Assembly (NCBI GenBank): GCA_019347805.1
Contig: JAHWKR010000003.1
Location: forward strand, 1 to 64,000
From: Methanobacteriota archaeon
GTDB taxonomy: Archaea; Thermoplasmatota; E2; JACPAO01; JAHWKR01
Length of the DNA: 64,000 nucleotides
Direction: 5' to 3'
The position numbers and the translations under genes were made by a program. Every line of letters starts with the position of its first letter. Position 1 is the first letter of the stretch. The notes below the pieces were generated by a model. That model was given only the letters and a program-made list of their open reading frames with translations. It was not told the DNA's origin and searched no databases. Shown in pieces: positions 26,966-35,920 of this stretch.

Positions 26966-27749
26966 CCGCGTCCGGCTCGAGTACGCGGAACGTGAACGAC
27001 TCGGTGATGTAGAACTCCACTTGGTCCTTGTCGTGGTAGGCGTAGCCGACCGACAGGTCCTGTCCGACGGTGAGGATGAAGTCGCCGCCGCGTTGCGACA
27101 AGAGCAGACCGCCTTCCAGTCCGGGCGCCATGACGATGGGCCCATCGACGATCTGTCGTTCGATGTGCTTGCGGATGGGATATCCGCCTTCCCCGGCGAC
27201 GCGTGCCAGTTGGTTGTATTCCTTGACGCCGAGGGCGAGGGCGTAGGGTCCGGCGACGCCCGCTTCGCGCAGCTTGCCGGCCGCCTCCGCGATGGAGTCC
27301 GGATAGCCGGTGCCGTCCTTGGGCAGGCGGACCGGTTTGTGGCTGGAGGAATCGACGAGGCCTTTGATGCCCGCCTCGGGGTGTCCGTTGAAGATGGCGG
27401 AATCCTCGGCGAGGGCGATGCGTTTGGCCGCCTCGGCGACCGGTTCGAGGTGCGCCTCGGCGCCACGGGCGATGTAGTCGAGCTCGAGCATCGGCATGAC
27501 GATGGGGGTGCGGAACTCGACGAGGGGCTGCACCTGCCGGAGGCCGCCCTTGACGCCCTTGACGCGGTCCTTGTCGAAGAGCGCGAGCCGCCCGGTGTTG
27601 TAGGCGCTGTATTTCCAGCCGTGGGGTCCGTCGAAGTCGACGAGCTTGCGCGCGGCCAGGTAGACCTGGAACACGCTCTTCGCTTCCTGGTCGATCTGTT
27701 CCCACGCGTCTGGCGTGACAGGTGCGATGTTGCGTTTGAGGAGGTCCAT
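26943..27749 (-). CDS. encapsulin nanocompartment shell protein (family 1, HK97-fold)
   Basis: Start ATG at 27749: MDLLKRNIAPVTPDAWEQIDQEAKSVFQVYLAARKLVDFDGPHGWKYSAYNTGRL..., 268 aa, canonical encapsulin N-terminus and length. The 40-codon ORF-track extension overlaps the cargo gene. Confidence 0.85.
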   Translation of the reverse strand: MDLLKRNIAPVTPDAWEQIDQEAKSVFQVYLAARKLVDFDGPHGWKYSAYNTGRLALFDKDRVKGVKGGLRQVQPLVEFRTPIVMPMLELDYIARGAEAHLEPVAEAAKRIALAEDSAIFNGHPEAGIKGLVDSSSHKPVRLPKDGTGYPDSIAEAAGKLREAGVAGPYALALGVKEYNQLARVAGEGGYPIRKHIERQIVDGPIVMAPGLEGGLLLSQRGGDFILTVGQDLSVGYAYHDKDQVEFYITESFTFRVLEPDAVVQLSAK

Positions 27750-27753
27750 ATGA

Positions 27754-28248
27754 TCAGGTCCTGAGGCTGCGGATGCGGAGGGAGTGGTCTTCTTCGGTGT
27801 GCTTGTCGGACGCGGAGGCGTCCCGTTCGGCCCGGGCACCGGGCGCCTTGGCGGTATCTTCCGCGGCACCGTCTTCGCCGGTCGCCCCTTTCGCCTCTTC
27901 TTCGGCCCGCAGTATGGGCACGTCGGTGAAAAGGTAGGTGCGCATCTCGTGGTCGAACTCGGGACTTCTGCGGCGGATCCATTCCAAGGTCATCATGGCG
28001 TGCTCGATCTCCTCGTCCTTGTTGTGGCGGAGGATCTCGCGCAGCTCGTCGTCCGTGCAGCCGTCCATGCGTTGTTGGTACCAGTCGATGGCCTCGAGCT
28101 CCTCCATGAGGGAGACGATGGCGCGGTGCATCTCGCGCGTTTCGGCGGAGAGGACCTCGTAGGGTTCGTGGTACGTTTCGCTACCGATGGGGTCCACCCC
28201 GTGTCGTTCCCTGTCCGCGCATGTGCAGCGGGTGGCGACGACGGGCAT
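27754..28248 (-). CDS. encapsulated ferritin-like protein (EncFtn/Flp cargo) with C-terminal encapsulin-targeting peptide
   Basis: Ferritin-like di-iron motifs ETREMHRA and EEIEHAMMTLEW. The C-terminal tail ...HSLRIRSLRT matches the LxIxSLK/R cargo-loading peptide. The stop lies 4 nt before the encapsulin start. Confidence 0.75.
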   Translation of the reverse strand: MPVVATRCTCADRERHGVDPIGSETYHEPYEVLSAETREMHRAIVSLMEELEAIDWYQQRMDGCTDDELREILRHNKDEEIEHAMMTLEWIRRRSPEFDHEMRTYLFTDVPILRAEEEAKGATGEDGAAEDTAKAPGARAERDASASDKHTEEDHSLRIRSLRT

Positions 28249-28350
28249 CTACTTGACCGCTTTGAGGGGGGAAAAGGAAAGGGGATTGACATGGATTGGA
28301 GTGCCAAAGCGACGCAAACCCTAATTTAGGGCGCCCTTTGAGGGGCCTCT

Positions 28351-29916
28351 ATGCGCGCCCCGACCCTTGCGGTCCTCCTCGTCTCGGTCCTGTTCGCCGG
28401 TTGCGTCTCGGACGCCCCGGCCAAGGTCGATGGCGATGCCACCGCATTCCTGCCGGACTGGTCGGAACGCGCCCTGCCGTTCGGAGACGACCACGACCAC
28501 ACCGACCCGTTGCAGCATGCGAACCTGTCGACGCGCAACTTCGAGGTCATCGGCCGCGACCCGCTCGCGAGCCCGCATTATGACGGCAAGAGCGCCGGGG
28601 GGTACCTGTGCGGGGACGGCGGCGAGACGATCGACGGCCGTCGCCTCGCCATCGTCGAGAGCCGCTCGGAGGTCGGCTTCGCGGTCGCGGACGTCACCGA
28701 TGCCACGGCACCGAAATGGCTCGGCGAGTTGGTGATGAAGTCGACCTATGTCTATGATGTCGGCGTCGTGCCCGATGGCCGTCATGTCGCGCTCGTCACC
28801 TCGAACGCCAAGACACCGTCTGCGCCGGCCACCGCATCGACCGCGGACCTGCTTCGGGAGACCCCCGAGGGCCTGGTCTACGATGGTGTCGTCTGGCAGG
28901 CGCGCTGTGCCGACGCGCCGGTCCCGCTGCGCTGGGCGGTCACCGAGGACCCGCTTCCCCGCCCGGTCAGTCTTCTCCTTGTCGACATCTCGGACCCGAC
29001 GCAGCCGACCGTCGTCGACCAACGACCGCTTCCCGGCTTCGGCCACTCGGTCGTCTCCAAGATCATGGACGGCCGTACTTTGCTCCTTGTCGGCACCGTG
29101 GCGAGCCCGAACGCACAGCAATGGCAGTTCTACGAGGTCTTGCAGACGCCGCTCGGCGGCCGGCTCCATCATGTCTCGACCTATACGGCGCCCCCGGAGC
29201 CGGACCCGCAGAGGCGGGCGTCGGCCATCGGCGGCCACACGGACGGCTGGATGCAGAAGCATCCGGCGACCGGACAGAGCTTGGCCTACCTGGTGGGCGG
29301 TCCTTGGTTCATCGTGCTCGACATCTCCGACCCGGAGACGCCGAAACGGCTCGGCATGTGGAGCGATGTGGTCGCGGGCCGCGAAGGGGCGGTCGGCAAT
29401 CTCCACTCGGCCTTCCCGCTCCGCGAGCTGGTGAACGGCCGCCACTATACGGTCATCGGTCCCGAGTTCGGTGGCCATCCGGATGGCATGCCGTCAGGCG
29501 TCGTCTGGGTGCTCGACACGACCGACCCGAACCATGTGTTCGAGGTGGCGGCGTGGACGCTTCCGCACGAGGTCGACTGGTCGGGGACCTACATGTTCTC
29601 GAACCACTATCTCACCGCGTGGAACGGGACCGTCTTCGTCAGTATGTACCATGGGGGCGTCTGGGCGCTCGACCTGTCCGTGATCACACCCGGTGCGTTC
29701 GTGCAGTTGCCCTCCGTGGGGGTCTTCATGCCGGTCGACCCGGAGCTGGAGAGCGCCATCACGTTCCGCTGGACGCCGACCTTGGAGGAGGCGTTGTCGT
29801 TCGACGACGGGACGCTTCTGACGTTCGATTCCATGACCGGACTGTGGACGTTCCGCTTCGACCCGTCCGACCCGGCACCGCCGCCCGCGCCTTGGGAAGT
29901 GCCGCCGGTCGACTGA
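28351..29916 (+). CDS. LVIVD-repeat beta-propeller lipoprotein (paralog 3)
   Basis: Lipobox LFAGC. Collinear with 11065..12660: DHDHTDPLQHANLSTRNFEVIGRDPL..., LLLVDISDPTQP, FIVLDISDPETP, VWVLDTTDPNHV, GLWTFRFDPSDPAP. Confidence 0.6.
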   Translation: MRAPTLAVLLVSVLFAGCVSDAPAKVDGDATAFLPDWSERALPFGDDHDHTDPLQHANLSTRNFEVIGRDPLASPHYDGKSAGGYLCGDGGETIDGRRLAIVESRSEVGFAVADVTDATAPKWLGELVMKSTYVYDVGVVPDGRHVALVTSNAKTPSAPATASTADLLRETPEGLVYDGVVWQARCADAPVPLRWAVTEDPLPRPVSLLLVDISDPTQPTVVDQRPLPGFGHSVVSKIMDGRTLLLVGTVASPNAQQWQFYEVLQTPLGGRLHHVSTYTAPPEPDPQRRASAIGGHTDGWMQKHPATGQSLAYLVGGPWFIVLDISDPETPKRLGMWSDVVAGREGAVGNLHSAFPLRELVNGRHYTVIGPEFGGHPDGMPSGVVWVLDTTDPNHVFEVAAWTLPHEVDWSGTYMFSNHYLTAWNGTVFVSMYHGGVWALDLSVITPGAFVQLPSVGVFMPVDPELESAITFRWTPTLEEALSFDDGTLLTFDSMTGLWTFRFDPSDPAPPPAPWEVPPVD

Positions 29917-29985
29917 GTCCGCTGGGTCGCTCGGCTGGGGCCGGCGGAAGAAGACGACGGGGGTCGGCCCGCCGGGGTCCGTCCA

Positions 29986-30771
29986 TCAGCCCCGCGTCTG
30001 GACCCCGTGCCGTTCCCCGCGCCGTTCGAGGAACGCGAGCCCGATGGCGCCGAGCGCCAGCGCCGGGCCGACCACGTAGAGTGAGAAGGTGAGGATGACG
30101 AGGACACCCGCACCGATTGCGGCGTCGGTCGCCTTCTCCTGCGCAAGACCGCCCGCGGCAGCGATGGCGATGACGCCGACAAGCGCCGAGAGGCCTCCGA
30201 AGAGCCATGCGGGCTGGATGTAGGGTTCGAACCCGACGAGGCCGAACATGATGGCGATGCCCCAGATGAGCGTCACGACACCTGCGGTCAGCATGAGGAG
30301 GCTCGAGGAAATCGGTTTGTCGGGGGCCTTTTGATGGGTGAGGGCGGCGTCCCGTGCGCGTCGCGTGCGCGGCATCATGATGAGGCCGAGGGCGACCAAT
30401 GAAAGGAGTGTGTTGGTCCCGTAGAACCCGAACGAAAGGATACCGAAGATGGCACCAAGAACTGCGAAGCCGGTGCTGCGCTGGGATACGGCCATGTAGG
30501 CGAACAGGCCCGTGAAGACCGAGAACGTAGCGACGTACCACGGCATTGTGAAAGCCAAGAACGCCGGTGCGTTCGCGCCGACACCGAGACCCGTCGTGAC
30601 CTCGAGGATCGCGGTGAGAAGACCCACCGCGGCGACCAGGTAGAGCATCATGGCGCCATAGAGCACTTTGCCCGGCCACAGGACGTTCGCGGAGCGCTCG
30701 ACCTTGCCGCTCTCGTGCTGTCCGGAGCGCGCGGCGGCGGTGCGATGTGCGAGATGCTCGGGGTCGGGCAT
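29986..30771 (-). CDS. integral membrane protein, hypothetical (6-7 TM)
   Basis: Hydrophobic helices throughout; start tentatively MPDPEHLA (ATG 30771) inside ORF 29986..30861. Confidence 0.4.
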   Translation of the reverse strand: MPDPEHLAHRTAAARSGQHESGKVERSANVLWPGKVLYGAMMLYLVAAVGLLTAILEVTTGLGVGANAPAFLAFTMPWYVATFSVFTGLFAYMAVSQRSTGFAVLGAIFGILSFGFYGTNTLLSLVALGLIMMPRTRRARDAALTHQKAPDKPISSSLLMLTAGVVTLIWGIAIMFGLVGFEPYIQPAWLFGGLSALVGVIAIAAAGGLAQEKATDAAIGAGVLVILTFSLYVVGPALALGAIGLAFLERRGERHGVQTRG

Positions 30772-30909
30772 TGGCCTTCGTCGTCTCTTGCCTTTCCGAG
30801 GACCAAGTAGGTTGCGGCCGCGCGCGGGTGGAGGCGTGGACATGGCATCGTACGTGGTCATGTCGCCCCGGTCCCGAACGTCTTATAGCGAATTCGCGGT
30901 CGCCGCCCT

Positions 30910-31332
30910 GTGCCCCCCGACCGCAGCGAGGCGGCCCCCCCGGAGGACGAGGCGGATCTCCGTGCGTCGGAGCGTCCATGGCCGGACCATGTCGCGCTCA
31001 AGTCGTGTCCGCATTGCGGTGCCGAGATCGGCGAGGGGCACTATGTCTGCTGGAACTGCTCGAACGATGTCCGTGCGCCGCCCGAGTCTGAGATGTACGC
31101 CGAGCTCGAGACGATGCTCGCCCGTCGGGAACTCGACCTGAAGGAGCGCGACCGGCGCTTCTGGGGCTGGGTCTTCGTCGGGCTCGTCATCGCCGGGGTC
31201 GGCTCGTTGTGGCTCTGGACCCGTTGGTGGGGGATGGCGGTGCTGTTCTTCGTGGCCGCTTTCTTCGTCGGCCGCGCGTGGTACCGGTCGCACCAGAGCG
31301 CCCGGCGGATCCGGAGCGCCCACGACGTCTGA
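30910..31332 (+). CDS. zinc-ribbon plus 2-TM small membrane protein
   Basis: CPHCGAEIGEGHYVCWNCSN (CxxC...CxxC) followed by two TM helices. Confidence 0.4.
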   Translation: MPPDRSEAAPPEDEADLRASERPWPDHVALKSCPHCGAEIGEGHYVCWNCSNDVRAPPESEMYAELETMLARRELDLKERDRRFWGWVFVGLVIAGVGSLWLWTRWWGMAVLFFVAAFFVGRAWYRSHQSARRIRSAHDV

Positions 31333-31403
31333 GGGATGGCAGACAGTGGCGAAGGGCGACGCCCCGCAGGGCCCGCTCGCCCGGGTCCACGACCACGACG
31401 GAA

Positions 31404-32063
31404 TCAGGTGTCAATGTGCCCGCGATGCCAGGCGAGGACCGTGTCGGCGATGTCGCGGTGGTCGTCGATGCGCTCGAAGACGAGATCGGCGGCGTCACGC
31501 ACGGCAGGCCCGGTCGGTTCCACGGCGACGCCGAGGCCGATGTTCTTCCAGACACCGGTGTCGTTCACGTCGTTCCCGATATGGGCGACCCGCCGGGGGT
31601 CGACGTCCTCGCGTTGCAGGAAGGCGTGCAGGTTGCGCCACTTGTCGAAGAGGGGGCGCACTTCCCCGGTCACCACGCCATCGCGGACGACGCCGTGGGA
31701 GGCGATCTGGTCCTCGATGCCGAAGGCGTCGGCGAGGTGCGCGGTGATGAAGTCGGGGTTGTCTGTCAGGACGGCGACGCGCAGTCCGGCCTCCTTGAGC
31801 ATCGAGACGGCGGGTCCGATACCAGGGAACCAGGTGCCCTGCCGGAGCGCCTCGCGCACCTCGCCGACGGTGCGGCCGGCGAGGAAGGCGAACTCGATCT
31901 CGAAGCATTCCTCGAGGGTGATCTCGCCGCTGCGGAAGCGCTTGTCGTGGTGGAGCACCTCTTCCTCGAAGCCGAAATGGCGCGCCACGAGGAGGAACGC
32001 GGTGCCGTCGATGAGCGTTCCGTCGAGGTCGTAGCAGACGAGGTCGAGTCGGCCGTCGGCCAT
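31404..32063 (-). CDS. HAD-superfamily hydrolase (phosphoserine-phosphatase-like subfamily IB)
   Basis: Motif I DLDGTL; motif III/IV ...HIGNDVNDTG. Confidence 0.65.
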   Translation of the reverse strand: MADGRLDLVCYDLDGTLIDGTAFLLVARHFGFEEEVLHHDKRFRSGEITLEECFEIEFAFLAGRTVGEVREALRQGTWFPGIGPAVSMLKEAGLRVAVLTDNPDFITAHLADAFGIEDQIASHGVVRDGVVTGEVRPLFDKWRNLHAFLQREDVDPRRVAHIGNDVNDTGVWKNIGLGVAVEPTGPAVRDAADLVFERIDDHRDIADTVLAWHRGHIDT

Positions 32064-32214
32064 CGGGCCGCCGATGGGGCGGACCATCAGGTGCCTTTCG
32101 GTCCTGTCGTTCGGGTCTCATGTCGCCGTTCCGGGTTCTTCCGGTGCCGATGTCACATACCTGGCGTCGTCCCGACCGGAAGGCATAACGCTTCCGCCGC
32201 GGAATCCTGGTGTC

Positions 32215-32910
32215 ATGGGTCCCGACCGCGGCGTCGAGCCGCTTCCCGTGGTGCTCGTCCACGGCGTTCTCGGTCAGGAGCTCCTCTACTGGAACCTGGT
32301 CCGCGCCCGGCTGGAGACGGAGGGTTTCCAGGTCCTCGAGGCACCGCTTCCCCGCCTGGCCCTGGGTCGGTTGACCGATGCGGGCGTGGCGTTCGGCGAC
32401 ATCATCGACGCGCTCCTGGACGACGTCGGGGCGGAGCAGGTCGACGTCGTCGCCCATAGCGCGGGAGGCCTTGCGGTCCGCCATGCCCTCATGCAGGACG
32501 GGCACCGCGACCGGGTGCGACGGCTCATGACGCTCGGTTCGCCGCACGGCGGCACGCGGCTCGCCCATCTCGTGCCCGGCTTCGGCATCGCCGCGGACGT
32601 GCGGCCGGGCAGTCCGTTCCTGGCGCATTTCCTCGACGACCCGACCCCGGGGCCGACCTGCTACTCGGCGTTCTGGACCCGCTTCGACGGCATCGTCATC
32701 CCGAGCGAACTGGCGCGCCTGCCGTCGGCGCCGAACGTCGAGAACGTCCGGCTCGACCGGGTCAGTCATTGGGGGTATCTCTACAAGCCACGGGTGGCAC
32801 GGGTCTTGGCCGACGAGCTCCGACGCGGCTTCGTGGGCGGGGAGCGGGAGATCGTGAACGGCCTTTTCACACCGCGCTCCGGGACGGGCGCGGACGCGGT
32901 ACCGGCCTGA
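32215..32910 (+). CDS. alpha/beta-hydrolase, lipase/esterase-like
   Basis: VVLVHGVLG, nucleophile elbow AHSAGG, LGSPHGG; resembles small bacterial lipases. Start ATG at 32215. Confidence 0.55.
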   Translation: MGPDRGVEPLPVVLVHGVLGQELLYWNLVRARLETEGFQVLEAPLPRLALGRLTDAGVAFGDIIDALLDDVGAEQVDVVAHSAGGLAVRHALMQDGHRDRVRRLMTLGSPHGGTRLAHLVPGFGIAADVRPGSPFLAHFLDDPTPGPTCYSAFWTRFDGIVIPSELARLPSAPNVENVRLDRVSHWGYLYKPRVARVLADELRRGFVGGEREIVNGLFTPRSGTGADAVPA

Positions 32911-32985
32911 GAATGGCCTTGCAGCCGTCCGGTTGCCCACGTGGAACACCTATCTACGAGACTACCGTGCGCCGTCGTGACGCAC

Positions 32986-34866
32986 ATGGGTGCGGTCGGA
33001 GGTACTTGTTTGCGACGGATAGCGGTCATCTTACTGTCAGGCCTGTTGGCGATCACATTCTTCCCGACCCAGGGTTCCGCCCATGAGGGCGCCTTCCCGG
33101 TCGTCCTCCTTCATGGTTGGACGGGCGATGGCGACTCGTTCCGTGAGATGGTGCCGAAACTGGAGGCGCAGGGGCTCGCCGTCCTCGATTTCGACCCGGC
33201 GACCGCCGGGACCCAGGCGCTCAGCTACGGACCGATGGCGGCAGGTCAGCATGTCTCCTACATCGCGGGAAAGGTCGTGGAGGAGGCGATCCTGGACGCG
33301 CTCGCGGCGGCCGGTTATCCGGCGGACCAGAAGGTCGACGTCATCGCGCACAGCATGGGCGGTCTCGTGGCGCGGTTCCTCATCGAGCAGCCGGGTGCCG
33401 ACGTCGACCATTGGTCCGCCTCGAGCGGCTGGTACGGGGACGGGACCCCGGATGTCCGCTCCGATTGGGCGGCGCGCGTGGACGACCTCATCATGACCGG
33501 GACGCCGAACCATGGCACCTGGGAAGCGTGGGTGCCGAGCACGATCGGCGGCTTCGGTGACTGGAACGCGGCAGGTTCCGACATGGTGCCGGGGAGCACG
33601 TTCCTCGAGCGCATGGGCTACGCGGCGCCCTCCGGCGAGCACTATCATGCCATCGGCGGGGACCCGGCCTACCTGAACTTCCTCAAGTGGGACTACGACG
33701 GCGACGGGTTCTCCCGCGGGTTCGATGGTGTCGTCCCGGCCGAATCACCCTACGTCACGGGTGCGACGATCGACTACGTGGACGGCCATCATGGCGCGCT
33801 GCTTTCGGACGACGACGCGCTCGACCTCATCATCGAGTTCCTCGGACAGACGAGCGTCGTCGACGGGATCGGTGGCGCGTCCCTTGCCGGGGACGCCGTC
33901 GTCCGGCTCGAGTACCTCGATGTCGTGCAGGACCACGACGGCGGTTCGTCCGACGAGATGGTCGTGGACGTCTATGTCGATGCGGACGGATCCTTGGGAC
34001 CCGCTGGTTACACGAACGCGGGCCGGCACACGTTCTCCAAGGACGGTCCGTTCACGGTCGACTGGGGGGACACCGGTCCCACCTTCGCATCGGTCAAGGT
34101 CCCCGGTACGTCGCCCCTTCTGGATGTCAAGGTCGTGGTCCTGGAGGACGACACCTCGTGGGGTGGCGGCTACGAGGCCGTCTCGACGCACTACGTCACG
34201 AACATCCTCCTGTCGGAGGACATCGACGGCATGGATTTCTATGCCAAGGGGGCGACCGACTCGAAAGGCGGCACGAACACGGTGCGCGTCAGCGTCAACG
34301 GCGTGACAAGCGACGTCGGCGAGACGCGCGCGGTCGAACTCGGCCTCGAGAGATCCTACGTGAAGGACGACCACGACTGGGGCAAGGGCGAGGTGACCTA
34401 CTACCTGAACGCGGGCCGCGTCGGCTACACCTCGCAATACAGCCGGGGTGAGATCGGGGGCACCCACTATTCGCGTGACTCAGGGAGCTGGGTCGACATC
34501 GGGTCGCACAGCAAGAACGACGGCACCGTCGAGGCGGAGCTGGTGTGGTCGGGACGCATGCTGGAGGACGCGACGCTGCGCTTCGACGTGACCTATTGGG
34601 AGGACGATGGTGGTTGGAGCGGTGCGGACGGCGGCAACATGTACTACCTGGAAAAGTCGCTCGCACAGTTGTCTGACGGCACGTCGCGCTACAAGGGCAC
34701 GAGCCTGTCGGATTACGACGTCTACATCTCCGTCGTGAAGTACGGTCCCGGGGAATCGCCTGCGCTCCAGATGGTGGAGGAGATGGACGCTGTGGAGAAC
34801 CCTGTCGGTCTCCTGCCCGACGGTCCGGATGACCCACCGTTCGGACCGATGGACCCGCCGCTCTGA
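32986..34866 (+). CDS. secreted alpha/beta-hydrolase (lipase-like) with large C-terminal beta-rich domain
   Basis: Signal peptide, VVLLHGWTGDG, nucleophile elbow AHSMGG, then a ~400-aa Asp/Gly/Thr-rich C-terminal region. Confidence 0.55.
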   Translation: MGAVGGTCLRRIAVILLSGLLAITFFPTQGSAHEGAFPVVLLHGWTGDGDSFREMVPKLEAQGLAVLDFDPATAGTQALSYGPMAAGQHVSYIAGKVVEEAILDALAAAGYPADQKVDVIAHSMGGLVARFLIEQPGADVDHWSASSGWYGDGTPDVRSDWAARVDDLIMTGTPNHGTWEAWVPSTIGGFGDWNAAGSDMVPGSTFLERMGYAAPSGEHYHAIGGDPAYLNFLKWDYDGDGFSRGFDGVVPAESPYVTGATIDYVDGHHGALLSDDDALDLIIEFLGQTSVVDGIGGASLAGDAVVRLEYLDVVQDHDGGSSDEMVVDVYVDADGSLGPAGYTNAGRHTFSKDGPFTVDWGDTGPTFASVKVPGTSPLLDVKVVVLEDDTSWGGGYEAVSTHYVTNILLSEDIDGMDFYAKGATDSKGGTNTVRVSVNGVTSDVGETRAVELGLERSYVKDDHDWGKGEVTYYLNAGRVGYTSQYSRGEIGGTHYSRDSGSWVDIGSHSKNDGTVEAELVWSGRMLEDATLRFDVTYWEDDGGWSGADGGNMYYLEKSLAQLSDGTSRYKGTSLSDYDVYISVVKYGPGESPALQMVEEMDAVENPVGLLPDGPDDPPFGPMDPPL

Positions 34867-34957
34867 GACCGACCTCCTCTCTTCCCCTTTCTCTCTCCTC
34901 TGCTCCTCTTTTCAGACCGCTCTCACGCCTTCTGTTCCGTGAGAAACGGAAAATCGC

Positions 34958-35830
34958 TCACAGGAACGGGTGTCCCCGCACCGAGAGCAGCCGTTGCAGT
35001 TCGTATTGGATGGCGGCGCGTACCCGGTCGTTCTCGCGATGGACGCGCTCGCTGTCCGCGGTGGCCTTCGGGTCCTTGCCGAGCTCGATGGGCTCGAGGA
35101 AGCTGATGCGCCATTTGGCGGGGCGCGGGAAGAAGTTGACCGGCATGGGGAGCGACAGGTCAAGAAGCTCCTCGTACGAGTCGATGCGCGCGCTCGAGGG
35201 GTTCGCCTCTTCGCCGCCGACGATGGCCACCGGGACGATGGGGGCGCCGGTCTCGAGCGCGACGCGGATGTAGCCGCGCGCGAAATCCTGCAAGAGGTAG
35301 CGTTCGTTCTGTCCTTTGAAGGCGCCGCGTTCGCCCTCGGGGAAGATGAGGATCGCTTCGCCGCGCTCGAGGAGCGTCCGCATGGTGTCCTTGCCGACCT
35401 CGAAGAGGCCCAATCGGGCGGCGAGGTCGCCGATCTGGGGTCTGCGGAACCAGGTCTTGTGGGCCAGTCCGCGCACGAAGCGCCCGCGGGCGTCCTTCAT
35501 GGCGAGCGCGGTGTAGGCGTAGTCGAGGCCGGTCCATCCGGTGTGGTTGGCGGCGAGGATGACGGGGCCGTCCGGCACACGCTCGATGCCTTCGACCTCG
35601 AGCCGGCTGTAGAGACGCAGGAGCTTGAAGAGCGGTGTGATGCGCGAGACGAAGGAGGGGTCGAGGCGGTCGTCGAGGTCGACCTCCCGGGTCGGCGAGG
35701 GCGTCTCGGGGCGTTCCGCTTGGTCGTGCGAGGTGGGAACGTGGGATGGGGCTCCGGTGGGCGTGCCGTTGGCACCGGGACGGGGCCGGTCCCGCGCCTT
35801 CGTCGCCTGCCTGCCTTCTGTCTTCTCCAT
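34958..35830 (-). CDS. PlsC-family acyltransferase (1-acyl-sn-glycerol-3-phosphate acyltransferase-like)
   Basis: Acyltransferase motif I NHTGWTGLD (HxxxxD) and motif III FPEGERG. ATG at 35830. Confidence 0.65.
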   Translation of the reverse strand: MEKTEGRQATKARDRPRPGANGTPTGAPSHVPTSHDQAERPETPSPTREVDLDDRLDPSFVSRITPLFKLLRLYSRLEVEGIERVPDGPVILAANHTGWTGLDYAYTALAMKDARGRFVRGLAHKTWFRRPQIGDLAARLGLFEVGKDTMRTLLERGEAILIFPEGERGAFKGQNERYLLQDFARGYIRVALETGAPIVPVAIVGGEEANPSSARIDSYEELLDLSLPMPVNFFPRPAKWRISFLEPIELGKDPKATADSERVHRENDRVRAAIQYELQRLLSVRGHPFL

Positions 35831-35920
35831 CGCGAGCGGGAACAGCCGGGGGCCTCCATATGGACTTTCCTGGCGCGGGTGATCGCGACGACAGACTCAC
35901 CAGCATGAGGACATATTGGC

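Noticed and set aside
26810-27982. 390-aa minus-strand ORF overlapping the encapsulin and EncFtn genes in another frame, plus 26908..27705
   Set aside because: Arg/Pro-rich with no motifs; the encapsulin frame has unmistakable homology.
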